Below the pieces are notes generated by a model. It saw only the letters and a program-made list of their open reading frames with translations. It was not told the DNA's origin and did not search any database. From NCBI GenBank assembly GCA_036785375.1, contig JAWMAR010000148.1, forward strand, positions 3,162,001 through 3,226,000: a DNA stretch of 64,000 bases, given 5' to 3'. The translations under genes were made by a program, and so were the position numbers. This document shows positions 23,480 to 36,129 of this stretch, piece by piece. This stretch comes from Leucoraja ocellata (Eukaryota). Position 1 is the first letter of the stretch, and the number at the start of each line of letters is the position of its first letter.

Positions 23480-24565
23480 AAATTCAAACAATGCTCTGTG
23501 TGGAAAAGAATTGTCCACTTAAACTTTGCATGTACTTACTTTTTTCCCTTTTGACCAAATTTACAATCTCTTTGGTCAACCAATGTTCCCTTACTTTGGC
23601 ATCCTTATCCCTCCTCTCTATTGGATCATGCAGATTCCGAACTTCACACAAATGCCCTTTGAACGACTCCCACAGGTCAGATGTAGACTTGCCCAAACAG
23701 TTCCCTTCCGAGCTCCTGCCTAATAACTTTGCCGTTTACCTTATTCCAATGTAGCATCTTCCTGCAAGTTCCAGCCTTTTCGCCATTCACAAAATCTTAA
23801 AGCTTATGGAGTTGTGAACACTATCCCTAAAATGCTCTTCCACTGTAACACCAGTCACCTGATCAGGCTCATTTCCCGACACAAAGTCCAGTATGTTCCC
23901 TTCTAGGGTTGGACTATCCATATTTTATTTCAAGAGATCCTTTTAAATACACCTCATAAGTTCTGCCCCATCTAAGCCTTTGGCAATGAGCAAGTCCCAG
24001 TCAATATTGGGGAAGTTAAAGTCGCCCACTAAGCCAATCCTGTTGCTTTGGCATATTTTGGCAATCTGTCTACATATCTGTTCCTCTATCATTTGCTATT
24101 AGAGGGCATATAGTACAATCCCATTAGAGTCCTTGCACCTTTCCTTATCGCCTCAATGGACAAACCGTGCAATAGGTCCTCTGAGTGCTGCCTTGGCAGT
24201 CTCCCTGATTAGCAGTGCAACTCCTCCACCTCTTTTGCCTCCCTCTGGATCACATCTGAAACATCAAAATCCCGAGCTGCTAGTTGTGTCCCACTCGCAA
24301 CCACGTTTCAACAATGGACGCAACATCCTAGTCCCAAGCACCAATCCAGGCTACAAGTTCTTCTGCCCTATCTTCATAATACTTCTGCCCTATCTTCTTA
24401 TCCCTACCCTCACTAGCACTTGACATTGCGTGTAATCCCATTACTACCCTCAGTGTCCTGCTTTTTAATCTTCCGCCTAACATCCTATATTCACTTTGCA
24501 GGATCTCATCCCTTTTCCTACGTACGTCATTAGTGCTAATGTACACATTAGAAGCTCTCCCCATA
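23480..24565 (-). mobile_element. Old CR1 LINE 5' region (ORF1 esterase remnant plus ORF2 endonuclease remnant)
   Basis: ORF 24328..24564 YISTNDVRRKRDEILQSEY..LGGRLKSRT; VGDFNFP on minus strand near 24010-24030. Confidence 0.78.
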
Positions 24566-25062
24566 ATTGAACATGAAATACAAGTTGAAGGAGGATTAGT
24601 TATTTATTCTTGAGTTAATTGGCAACGGTGAAATTGTAGGATATAGAGTTTGCCGTACATTTTGGCTCACTTTGTGTTCAAAAATTGTGCAAAGTCTGTT
24701 TTCATCATACAGATCATTCTATTTATTATTTCGCTGCTGGGGCTTCACAATGTTGTACAAAACTGACAAGTGACCTCTCTCCTTTACCCTCTTTCTCTCC
24801 CCCCCCCCTCTCCCATTTCCTCCTTTCACTAAAATAACCTGTAATAAATGAGTTAATGTCAATTAAAGCTCTAGTTTGAAGTTTGTAGTCATGTATGGAA
24901 CCTACTGAAGCTCTGAGACCACTTCCATCCAAAGGTCTCATCACTTGGGCTTCACAGTGGATGGAGAATAACTATCATAATGTGAAATCTCCAATTTACA
25001 AATCAACTGCAGATATTTAATGTGATGTGTTTGACTAAACCCCTGTAATATTACTGTTTCAG

Positions 25063-25180
25063 TGTGGCTCAAACACACAACTACTTCATGTATTCCAAGA
25101 AGATTTTATTCTGGGATATAAGCCACTAGAAGAAAAAATTAATAAGGAGCAGGAATTTTGCACTACTCAACCTGCACAAG
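25063..25180 (+). CDS. DMXL2: DMXL2 coding exon (CGSNTQLLHVFQEDFILGYKP...)
   Basis: cag| ... caag|gtatgc; 118 nt. Confidence 0.94.
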
Positions 25181-25691
25181 GTATGCTGGATCAATTGTAA
25201 GGTATTTTAACTCGGTATGTTTTGATGAAGTACTTCGCTTAAATCTACTCCAATCTATTTATTTCATTTGGGAGTTCTTTTGCCTCTGATCACTGTCCAT
25301 TATTTAATTAGAAAAGGTAAACTGACACAACGGTGCAGTCCCAAGGAACTTTGTACTGTTGTGCTGATATTGAGCGCTCCTGCTAACTGGACAAAAAGTA
25401 TCTTGTCGTGTTTCTCGAAATGTCAGAGTTCCTAGAAGTGTTGCGTTAACTTGTATTTGTCTTATTTGCTGTTTCATCTCCTATATTTTTTCCTTTATTT
25501 GGGTAAAACACTTCCTAACACATGGAGATCATTTCTAGTGATGTAATTCGATATAAATATAATTTTGTTCTCTGTCTTCTTATGCTGAATTTTCATATAT
25601 AATACATAGGCACAAAGTTTTATCATGCTTTCTCTTATTTCAATGGGAAGATTGGTTGCTTTTTGAATTACTTGCATTTCTGTCATTAAAG

Positions 25692-25808
25692 GATACCATG
25701 CACCATCATTCTCTGAAAAGTTCTACCTTGTGGTAATAGAACGAGACAAGAGTCAATCTGTTCTTCACATGTGGCACCTTCATTTGAAGTCTGAACAGCC
25801 TCGTATCG
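25692..25808 (+). CDS. DMXL2: DMXL2 coding exon (GYHAPSFSEKFYLVVIE...HMWHLHLKSEQPRI)
   Basis: aag| ... atcg|gtaggt; 117 nt. Confidence 0.92.
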
Positions 25809-25963
25809 GTAGGTGTATGAAAGTATCGCACATGGGTTGATTTAAAATTCTGTATGAAATTAGCACTGTCCCATTGAAGTTGCATAAGTAAGAACCTACC
25901 AAACTAACTTCATGAACTTCAAAACATAGCAACCAACTTGGGCAAAGAATTGTGGAAAAGTAA

Positions 25964-26124
25964 TGTGCAGGACAGAACTGCAGATGCTTGTTTAAATCGA
26001 AGATAGACATAAAATGTTGGAGTAACTCAGCATCCCTGGTGAGAAGGAATGGGTGATGTTTCAGGTCGAGACGTCTGAAGAAAAGTCTCGACCCAAAACG
26101 TCACCCATTCCTTCTCTCCAGAGA
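25964..26124. mobile_element. Palindromic Penelope-derived mini-element with degenerate hammerhead core
   Basis: gagaaggaatgggtgatgtttcaggtcgagac / gtctcgacccaaaacgtcacccattccttctc; ctgaagaa at 26075. Confidence 0.75.
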
Positions 26125-27160
26125 TTAATTTTCCACAATTGAGCATTTTGTGTATATCTGTGGAAAACTAATATTTGCTTTTATTAATTGTGATTGTTTG
26201 CAGGTCAATGGATTTACTAACTTCTGTGCGCTGGTTGAAATAGTTAAACTAGATAGGCAATTATTTTATACTTTAAATGCCTTGTCTCGCTCAGCTAAAT
26301 CACATCCACAAATAAAAACACAAAGTACTAGCATAACTCAGTTGGGCAGACAGTATCACTGGAGAGCACGGATAGGTGACATTTCGATTTCTGGTTAGGA
26401 TCCTTCTTCAGACTGATCAGTTTTTTATTTGTAAACCAGCATCAGTGGTTCCTAGTTTCTAGCATCCATTATTATTATTTTTTTTAAATCTAGCTCATTT
26501 CTGTTTCCAATGCAAGCACCTTGTTGCACTGGTGTTCGTGGGTGCAGTCTAGGGATGGGATTTGGTTGGTTCAGTTCATCGGGTTTGCTGCATAAACAAG
26601 TAATCGGTTGACAGAAAGCATGTCCCCAGTAACCTTGGAATTCCACTGCAGTGCAGTAATTTGCTGAAATTAGAGATTTAACAATATAAGACCACATTGC
26701 AACAGTGAACCATGCAGTTTGTTCCAGAACTTAATAAAAAATACAAAGATACAGTTAAAGAATTCTGAGAACACATTCATACACTAAAAATCAATGGAAA
26801 AACATTACTTGTTTAGTTCAAACTGCTTTTTTCCTTCATTCCCTGGGGTGGATTTTCCCCAGAAACCGATTTTGCCCATTCATTGGGATGGGGTGTTGTT
26901 TAATCAAACTCAGCTGAGCAGCAAGGAGTCTAGTCGGTGGGGAATCTCTTTGACTTGAGGGGAGTTCTCTGGAGTAGCATTTGGATAGGTACACTGGCAT
27001 TGGCAAATTGTTTGTGTCAGCACCAGGAGCAGGGGCAGTTTACAAAAGTGATGCTAGATGGTTGAGGAAGCATATCTGATGATTAGTAAAAATATTTCAG
27101 AAGTTGTATTTATTAATTCTTGCATTTCTCTTTCCCTCTCCATAATACTGATGACTGAAG

Positions 27161-27355
27161 TGAGCACATCAGATAAACTGCTGACTTTATCAGAAGACAA
27201 GAGTTTTGGCTTATCTCCAAATTCGCTACCACGCTCTGCATCAGTCGCAAATCTTCAGACCGCTAGCAAACTGATACTTAACTCCAAATTAGTTTATAGT
27301 CAACAGTTAAATCTGCCTGATGGAGTGGAAGTAATCCGAGCAACACCTTCTGCAG
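27161..27355 (+). CDS. DMXL2: DMXL2 coding exon (...ANLQTASKLILNSKLVYSQ...EVIRATPSA); 5' boundary uncertain (27146, 27161 or 27173)
   Basis: First in-phase AG after the pyrimidine tract is gaag| (27159-27160); donor gcag|gtaact. Confidence 0.85.
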
Positions 27356-28154
27356 GTAACTTTTTCCTCTATTTAATGTAGTCTTTTTTTCCTCTATTAA
27401 ACTTTGCGCACATCTACATGTTCTGATGGTAAAATGGTGCACAGACTACAATCCTTGTAACAACCATTAGCAACCTGCAGAGGCAGCTTTGATGCTTGTT
27501 GCTGGTTTGGGTAAATTGATGTGTTTGGGGAATGGTCTGAGTTACTGGCATCGGTATTGGTTTATTATCGTCACGTGTACCAAGCTTTTGTTTGTGGGCT
27601 ACAGTGAAAGGTTGACGTTAGCAGTGTTGTAGATGTTAGCAATGAACATGACAAGTAGTGCTTGTTTGGTAATATTAATAGGGTGGTGCATGGTAGGGCA
27701 CACACACATGGTGTGACGACGTGCCATTGTAAAATTCAATCGTACACGAGTCACAAGGCATTACGCACAAATGCACTAGGTCGTTTTTGTAAGGTATACC
27801 ATTGCAGGGCAGGATTAGAGGGTGATAGGGGTGGTGATGAAAGTGAAGAATGATGGGAAAATCAAAAAAAATTAGTATACTGTTTGAATTATCAGCCCCA
27901 CATACTGATGTCGCCATACAAATATTTGTTGTACGCATAATCTGACGAGAACACTTAATAAATCTTCATGGCTAAAACCTGCTTTGGTGATTAAAGTGCT
28001 TGAGAGGACTGACTTGTCCATCTTCCCCCAAGCGGGTGCCACCTTTAACATTGTTGCAGATTATCGCCAATTTCCCAGTGCCATTTTCATGTGTTCTGTG
28101 CTACAGCTTTGACTGAGAATGTCTCATTGTTATAATAGTTTTTCCTTCTTTCAG

Positions 28155-29840
28155 GTCACTTGAGTTCCTCCTCAATTTATCCAGTCTGCCTTGCACCTTA
28201 TCTAATAGTGACGTCATGCTCTGACGGTAATGTGAGATTCTGGCGATGTACTGTGGATAAAAATGCAAACTCTGAAAATTCTGAAGACGTACGTGCCTAT
28301 TGGTGGGAAACTTGGCCGCTGATGAATGAAGAAGGAGAACACAATGACAGTGCAGTGAGTGTCACTGGGCGTCCAGTGGCTGTGAGCTGTTCATACACGG
28401 GCCGTTTAGCTGTAGCTTACAAAGAGTCTTTGCAGCCTAATGGCATTACATCAAAAGAGTTTTCAATGCACCTCTCCATTTTTGAGTGCGAATCTACTGG
28501 AGGATCCGAGTGGGTGTTGGAACAAACAATTCATTTGGATGATTTGGGAAAAGTTGGCAGTGTCCTGGATTCGAGGGTCAGCGTAGACAGCAATTTATTT
28601 GTCTATAATAAATCAGAGCTTTATCTTCGAGGCAAAAACATGATGTCGAACATAAAACATTTAGTGCATTTGGACTGGGTGTCGAAAGAAGATGGTTCTC
28701 ATATACTTACCGTAGGAGTGGGTTCCAAGATTCTAATGTATGGAAGACTGTCAGGGATTGTAACAGAGCAAGCCATGAGTAAAGATGGGTTGGCTGTAAT
28801 TACTTTGCCACTAGGGGGAAGTATTAAACAAGGCACCAAGTCAAAATGGGTATTGCTGAGATGTGTGGATTTGATATCTTCTGTAGATGGAACTCCTTCA
28901 CTTCCAGTTTCTTTATCGTGGGTGAGAGATGGCATTCTAGTTATCGGGATGGACTGTGAGATGCATGTGTATGCACAATGGAAGCACTCTACAAAACCAC
29001 TAAACCATACCGAAAATGGAAGTTTCTCATCTTATGATGAGTTAACTGATGGTGACACATTTGAAACAAAAATGTTTCCAAAACGGCACAGTGTTGTTGA
29101 TGGAACAACTATTGTAGATGATGTGTTTGGGGTCCCAGGAATGCTTCAAGATGGCGGTTTGTTTGAAGCTGCTCATATTCTTTCCCCCACTCTCCCTCAA
29201 TATCATCCCACTCAGCTACTCGAACTTATGGATTTGGGCAAAGTGCGCAGAGCTAAGGCAATCCTTTCACATTTGGTTAAATGTATTGCTGGAGAAGTTG
29301 CCATCTTCAGGGACAAAGACCCAGGAGAAGGAGGAGGACCACGACGCCACCTTTCTCGAACCATCAGCGTCAGTGGAAGTACGGGCAAGGATACAATTAT
29401 AGCGGGAAGAGAAGGTACTCGTGATTATACCGAAATAGATTCAATTCCACCACTACCTCTGTATGCATTGCTGTCAGCTGATCAGGACACCTCTTATAAA
29501 ACTGCAGGAGAAACTGCTAAAGTAGACAAACGTTCACAGCCGCAGAGTAAAAAAATGGAGGATCAGTATGCTGATTTGTTTCAGTCTCCGAGTTTAACCA
29601 CGGATGACTTTGTTGAATTTGTAATTGAAAAGAAGGAATCTAAATCCAAAGTCATTAATTTATCCCAGTATGGACCAACGTACTTTGGGCCTGAACACGC
29701 TCGTGTCCTTTCCAGTCATTTGATGCACTCGAGTTTGCCAGGACTTACACGATTAGAACAAATGTTCCTTGTAGCTTTAGCTGACACGGTGGCGACTACA
29801 AGCACAGAAGTCAATGAAAATAGGGACAAGAATTATTCTG
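28155..29840 (+). CDS. DMXL2: DMXL2 large coding exon (GHLSSSSIYPVCLAPY...NRDKNYS), WD40 repeats and start of Rav1p_C-like region
   Basis: cag| ... tctg|gtacgt; 1686 nt; explains the 570-aa ORF. Confidence 0.97.
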
Positions 29841-31116
29841 GTACGTATATAACCTTTTGCGTTATTTTCTAAGTCTATAATCAATTCTATTGTAATGATA
29901 GCTTAATCTTATATATTTGTACAATAGTAGTGGGTTTTACCAATAAGAATTTGTAAACGGCATACTTATTTGCTGAAACAGCGCATCATGCAAAAATATT
30001 GGAGTATTTCAATATTGGAGAGGCCATGTTTTGGATGAGACATTAGACTCGCCCCTTCTGAACATTTAAAGATAAAACTGGAGATGTTAAAAGTCTAAAA
30101 CACAAGCAGGTTGGATAACATCTATGCGCTGAGAAATAGAATTGATGTTGGGAGTATTTAGAGTGGGGAATTATTCCGGGGAGTATAGAAATAGCAGGGA
30201 GTTTTGACTCTGGATCTCAGATTCATTACTGAACTCATTAATATCTGGATAAGTTTATCAATGTAAGAATCCCCTCCTAAAATTAGTCTATCATTGCCTG
30301 TGAACTTCGTTGAATGGCTGAAAATGTATTTTAAATGAGAAACCCTGATGGGCCGAGTAGCTAATATTTTCTAGTATATTTTGTTTGATTCGTCCATCTA
30401 ATTGCTTTTCTGCAATTCATTATATAAACTAAAGCACATTTACATGAACCTCAAGGATATTAATAAGCCTTGTTTTAATTTGTAATTGAGCTAAATTGTG
30501 CGGTGTCTAGTACTTTTTTGTAGACAGAAAGTTGCCGAAACTCATATCGTTCAGTGCTGTTGTTGTCTAGAGCAGATCGTCATCCTATAAGCTGCCTGCT
30601 TTTTACTGCCGTGACCACCTAATGTTATTGATTTTATTTGTTAAACCAGTAATTATTAAAAATGTTAAAATCTAGTTTTCAACTTGTAAGAGGTGCCAGT
30701 GCGCAGTATGCCGTGCTGTCAGAAAGAAACCACTGGTGTAAATTCTCAATATTTGAATTATTTTTCTCTCCATCTTGCTCTTCCAAATGATGACGTAAAT
30801 TGTTTTATTCTTCAACATTGACTATAGTGTTTTTCACAATTATAACTGCATGCAAGTAATGCAGTTGTTTCTAAACAGTACAAATCTTAAAGTGAATGGA
30901 ATTTAGTGACCCTTCTTGTCTCTCAAAAAATCAGTGTGTAAGCTGTAATAAAACACTTAAGGCAATATAGCACAATTTTAAAATCCATTAATTTTCTGAT
31001 GCAATTCATTTGGGAAAGCTAACGTTGTAATAAGCAATGCATACAGTATATGTGAGCATCTCCATTAGTATCCCTGGTTATCACCAGCTGAGTTAATCTG
31101 TCTGTTCTTATTGGAG

Positions 31117-31224
31117 GTGAAACTTTGGATGAATGTGGTTTACGTTATTTGCTTGCCATGCGTTTGCATATTTGCCTGCTGACATCGCTGCCTCCAGTCT
31201 ACAGACTCCAGCTTTTACATCAAG
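31117..31224 (+). CDS. DMXL2: DMXL2 coding exon (ETLDECGLRYLLAMRLHICLLTSLPPVYRLQLLHQ); atypical acceptor
   Basis: Conserved peptide; acceptor is gag| (31114-31116) or non-canonical tg| (31112-31113); donor caag|gtagga. Confidence 0.88.
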
Positions 31225-31464
31225 GTAGGAGATTTGAGTAAAGCATCTGGGTTGCATTTAATGCTCAGAGGATAATAGTTTTTTTGTCATTTTTATTTGT
31301 ACGTCTCGGAATTAACTACGACTTGAAACTCCCTTTTCCGGCATCCTTGGGATCGGACTCGTACCAGACCACGGAAATTGTCTTTATCTTCCTTTGAGCA
31401 GGAGTCCCATTCATTCCAGGTATAGACACTCCATGGGCACGTAAGGGGACCGAGAACAATTTGA

Positions 31465-31725
31465 TTAGTTTAGAGATACAGCATGGAAATGGGCCACAAC
31501 GACCATTGATCACTCGTTCACGCTAGTTCTGTGTTATCCCATTTTCACATCAGCTCCCGACACACTAAGGGCAATTTCCAGAGGCCAGTAAACCTCTGTA
31601 GAAGGGTCTCAACCCAAAGCTGCACCCATTCCTTCTCTCCAGAGACGCTGCCTGTCCCGCTGAGTTACTCCAGCATTCTGTGTGTACCTTCGATTTAAAC
31701 CAGCATCTGCAGTTCTTTCCTACAT
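31465..31725. mobile_element. HE1 SINE 3' fragment (minus) abutting a Penelope terminal fragment (plus)
   Basis: gtttagagatacagcatggaaa...; gaagggtctcaaccc...cagcatctgcagttctttcctaca. Confidence 0.7.
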
Positions 31726-32567
31726 ATTTAAATGCATATATATTTTTTAAATTTCCTCTAATGGTGAGAGGGCAGGTGGAGGCAACCATAAACCAATACA
31801 TTCTAACCTGGAGCACATGAAAGTGAAGTTTCAATTTCACTGAGGCAACTGATTGTCTGTGTGCTGATGTTCCCATTGCCTCCTTTGTCACTGAGGTCAT
31901 TAATACCCATGCCACACTGCAAGATTTTCTTTGTCATCTGTGTCCGCTGTCTTTCCAGCCTCCCCAACCAACTTGATACTTGTGTGTGCTTCCACATGAA
32001 TATCTATTCCTTCTGTTATCTTACTCCATATTCCTGAGATCCCATACTTTCTCTGCCTGCATCCTTCTCCTAGCCTTAAACCCCCTAAGACTGGCCTTCA
32101 TCTGTTGCCCCCGCCCTTGTATTCCCTCATCTTGTTTACCATCCATATCCTCAACACAACAAACACTTCAGCATGTTCTGAAGCTGCCCAAACAAAGAAG
32201 ATGACTAAAATAGTGAACCTCCACTTGTGTGGGATGTTATACCATTCCTGATACGTGTGCCTCTAGTCCTGGGTAGAAATTGCTGCTATAATTTGGGAGC
32301 TACAATATGAAAAATAATGATAATGCTGGAAAGTGTTTTGTCTGAAATAAAATACTTTTAGGTTCTGGGTGTTCTTTGGAATACAATTAACTTAGAAAAA
32401 CAATTGATAGCAGCAAGACCTGTTTTTTTAAATTAACTATTGTATGCCCAATCTGCAGTGAAAAATGTTTTGGTAAATCTGTTTAGGTTTGTGTTATGTT
32501 TAAACTATAAACCATTAATTTGTTCTAAAATGGTAATAATGGAGAACATTACCACTAGTTTAATAAC

Positions 32568-32890
32568 CAGGGGCGGAAATCCCCTACAGCCCTGCCTGGA
32601 CTGACGGGACACCAGTCCGGAGCCGTGGAGCTAGCGTTGCTTCTCCGCACTGGCTGTAAACCTAGGCTGTCGTTCCCGGAAGTCCAGGCAGAGTTGAGCT
32701 GAATATAGCGCTGCTTCTCCGCGCTGGCCGTAAGCCTGGGCCGTTGTTCCTGTAATTACCATCCACAGGGCCCACGGCTGAAGCCCCCGAAGCCTTGCGC
32801 ACGTGTGTGTGAGTGTGAACATGCGCGCGCCAAGAAATTGTGTCCACCTGGTCCCCCCCTCCCATGTTTTGATAGCGATTTCCGTGCCTG
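32568..32890. mobile_element. hAT-superfamily MITE (323 bp)
   Basis: TIRs caggggcggaaatc / gatttccgtgcctg; perfect 8-bp TSD ttaataac at 32560-32567 and 32891-32898. Confidence 0.88.
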
Positions 32891-34169
32891 TTAATAACAA
32901 AGGTATATTTGTATTCATTTGTACAACCTTCTTCATTTCCTGAAGGTTAAATGTTGCTGATTGCTTTGTTACCATGCAAATCAAAATAAAAATCCATTAT
33001 CCTACCAAACTGACTGCTTTGTGTTACAAAAGAACAAGGACATCATTGGCTAAGGTTAAATGTATTCTTGTCCTCTGTCCAAATGTGCACTGCAATCAGG
33101 GTCGTTCAATTTCCTTGCCTAGAGGCTTGTTCCATCATTTATTTTGAGTTGGCCGAATTCAGTTTAGAATTAATCTATTAACCTCTATTCAATGCTCTTT
33201 TTTAAATATCTGTATGCTGAGCATCATATATCCCAAATGAAGTATTGTAACTTTATAATATGCCATTCCCAACAAAATAATTAACAGCTTTAACATTTCT
33301 TCTCCAAAAGCTATTTGAGCAATTAGTAAGTGGAATCTTAATTCTAAATGACAGTAGTTCGAATTCAATGTATTCATGGGTGCTTCAACAACCCCAGGAA
33401 AAATTAATGATTGGGCAGGAACAGTTGGGGCAAAAGGAGAATAAACTTGCTCTTAATTGTGTTTGTGAGGAGGTTCTGATCAAACCAAGATAAGCTAGAT
33501 GATAATAGTTGCAGAGTTGAATTGTAGAATGTGTAAAATGTAGAAACTGTCACTGTATCTGGATAACATAGATGTTGGTGTATAAATGGTGAAGGGAAAA
33601 GCTGACAATAAAATTTGGGGGCACACCTGGGATAATGGAGCTGGTGCGGGCTGGAGGAGAGGCCCACTTTGGAAACATGGAAACTATTATGTGGAGTAAG
33701 GTGGCATGGAGTGGGCAATATGGGTGAATGGAATGGTTGACCATGCTGAGCAACATAGGCAAACCAAGAGCACGAGTGGTGCCCTGCACCAAAACTACAG
33801 TCACCGGTATTGATTAACGTAATCCTGTATCTTCATCCCGTGGGCAGGACTAAAAGCAAATTGATATGATGTGGATAAAACATTGTGCAAAGATGAAGGC
33901 CTTATTTGAATTGTAATAAGTAATTGAGCAGAGTATTGACTTTGATTATAATTATGAATATTCATCGATAGCTTTATCTGTTGAAAGTGTAATTAGTGTT
34001 CATGTTGTGTCACGATTTTTCTTCTTGCATCATTAGACATGTTATCTAATAGTTTTTTAACAGCTCACTTTACACAGTGCATCTGGACTGATATTTTTGC
34101 ATATATTTAACACAGCAACTTGGATCACTAACTCTTTTATATACATAAAATCGTTACTGCATTTTTTAG

Positions 34170-34339
34170 GCTTGTCTACATGTCACTTTGCCTGGGCCTT
34201 TCATTCTGAAGCTGAGGAAGAGTTGCTCAGTATGATTCCTGCCATGCAGAAAGGGGATCCTCAGTGGTCTGATCTGAAAGCCATGGGAGTCGGCTGGTGG
34301 ATTCGAAATATTAATACGCTCCGCAAGTGCATTGAGAAG
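34170..34339 (+). CDS. DMXL2: DMXL2 coding exon (GLSTCHFAWAFHSEAEEE...LRKCIEK)
   Basis: tag| ... aag|gtacgg; 170 nt. Confidence 0.95.
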
Positions 34340-35522
34340 GTACGGCAGTCCAAACGTTTTAAGAATTCACAAGCAAGTATAATGAAAGTAGTAGATAAAA
34401 GCACGTGGGTAAAATGGAGCTTCCATAAATCGTGGGTGGAGAGGGTGATGTTTTGGAGGGAAACCATGTAAAATCACACATCAGATTTTGTTCTTAACCT
34501 GCCTCAAATGTTTTGCTTAGTTAAGAAGTGCTTTATGCATTCGCAATGCAAGCTGGTATTTCTCAGTTTAAAGTGAAATATTATGTGAATATTATCTCTT
34601 CACATGAGCTATAACGCCTTCCATTATTGCTCAGTCTGGTTCTTTGAAGTGAATAACTAGCTAACATCTTTGTTTTAATTGAATTCTTGCTAAGCTACAT
34701 TCATTTTTCCTTGGAAAATGTTGGGTATCAAATGGCAATTAAACAAAAACAAAAAGTTGCATTGTGTTATTAACTAACAGCAATTTAAGATAACTGGTGT
34801 GATAGTCCTCAAATCCTAATTGTGTATGCAGCAGAATCAAGTATAGAATCGCACAGACAAGAATGACACCATATTTAATAGAGTCTGATTATTCATTTGC
34901 ATTACTTTGGTTGGTGTCAGTAGAAACACAATAAATGTAGGAGGGCAAACATTCAGAATGTATCTTTTACGTAAAGACTAAGCTGAGTTTGATTGCGTGG
35001 GAAAAATCTTCTGGAACCCTGCTGTCTAGACTTCTAGACCAAAATGATCACTTTGCTAAGGTGTCATATGCTGACAAAGTTTATTGATGATAGCCCAATC
35101 TGATTTGCTGCTTTATGAAGAGAATATTGAAAAATAATATTATTTCTGAGAGAATTATAGTTCCATTTTCCTATCTGAGGCTAAACGCCCTTAAGCATTT
35201 TTGTCCAAACCAGCCAAGGACGTAGTTTTAATGTCTTGTTGTCTGTGACCTATGCACCACTCCCAGATCAAGACACTCAAAGAGATCTACACAACCCAGT
35301 TAAATGCTTGTGGGTAAGGATCTTGATAGCAACTTTCATTCTGAAGAACGTCACATATTCATGTTCACTAGAGCACTTTGTGTGCTTTTGTGTGTTAAAT
35401 TGGTTTTAATGGCATATTAAACCATACATATCCCTTAACCTATAAAAGTCATTTTAAATGTGAATTATGAATTACTTGGATAAATATTTCACATTTCCAT
35501 ATCAATTTAAAAATTATGAAAA

Positions 35523-35645
35523 AGTCTGAAGAAGGGTCTCGACCCGACAGGTCACCCATTCCTTATACCCTGAGATGCTGCCTGTGTTGCTCCAACATTT
35601 TGTGTCTATCTTCAGTGTAAACCAGCATCTGCAGTTTCCTCCTTC
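35523..35645 (+). mobile_element. Penelope terminal fragment with mutated hammerhead core
   Basis: ctgaagaagggtctcgacccgacaggtcaccc (GAAA box reads GACA). Confidence 0.72.
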
Positions 35646-36031
35646 AGGTTTTATTTTATTGTTGAGTTTTGCTTTTACATTGATCTTATGCAAATGTTAT
35701 GATCTTAATTTTACACAAGCTTTTTAAGTATATTCAATTCCTTGTTTGGTGGGTGAGAGTTCACGAATATAACCGACAACCCAGCCTGTGTTTCAGTGAA
35801 AGCTGGTATTGCCCTAGAGCTGATATCAAGCAACAACTTATGTTTGTGTAAGAGAAGTCTGCACTGCAGAAGTGGTTGGATTATTGTGGTCAGGATTCAC
35901 CAATGCTTGTCATGAGCACTGTCACTATATTCCTACCTGCAAAATTCCAGAGCAAACAGTTTTCTACTTCAATCAGTCCCTTCAGTGCTACTGGTGCAGA
36001 AATGGGAATACCGCTTTCCTCTTTTTCACAG

Positions 36032-36129
36032 GTTGCAAAAGCTGCTTTTCAAAGGAACAACGAAGCATTGGATGCTGCATTATTTTATCTTGCTATAAAG
36101 AAAAAGGCAGTACTCTGGGGTCTATTCAG
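36032..36129 (+). CDS. DMXL2: DMXL2 coding exon (VAKAAFQRNNEALDAALFYLAIKKKAVLWGLFR)
   Basis: cag| ... cag|gtatgt; 98 nt. Confidence 0.95.

Noticed and set aside
28699-28935. Antisense and alternative-frame ORFs overlapping exons (also 29118-29402, 40378-40608, 38702-39013)
   Set aside because: Expected by-products of coding-strand codon bias; no independent signals.
28160-29872. 570-aa and 401-aa (39615-40820) ORFs as stand-alone genes
   Set aside because: Both are large internal DMXL2 exons with splice sites just inside the ORF ends; their starts are TTG codons called by a prokaryote-style ORF finder.
29830-31120. U12-type intron as an explanation for the odd acceptor at 31112
   Set aside because: Donor gtacgtat does not match RTATCCTTT, and there is no CCTTAAC branch site near the 3' end.
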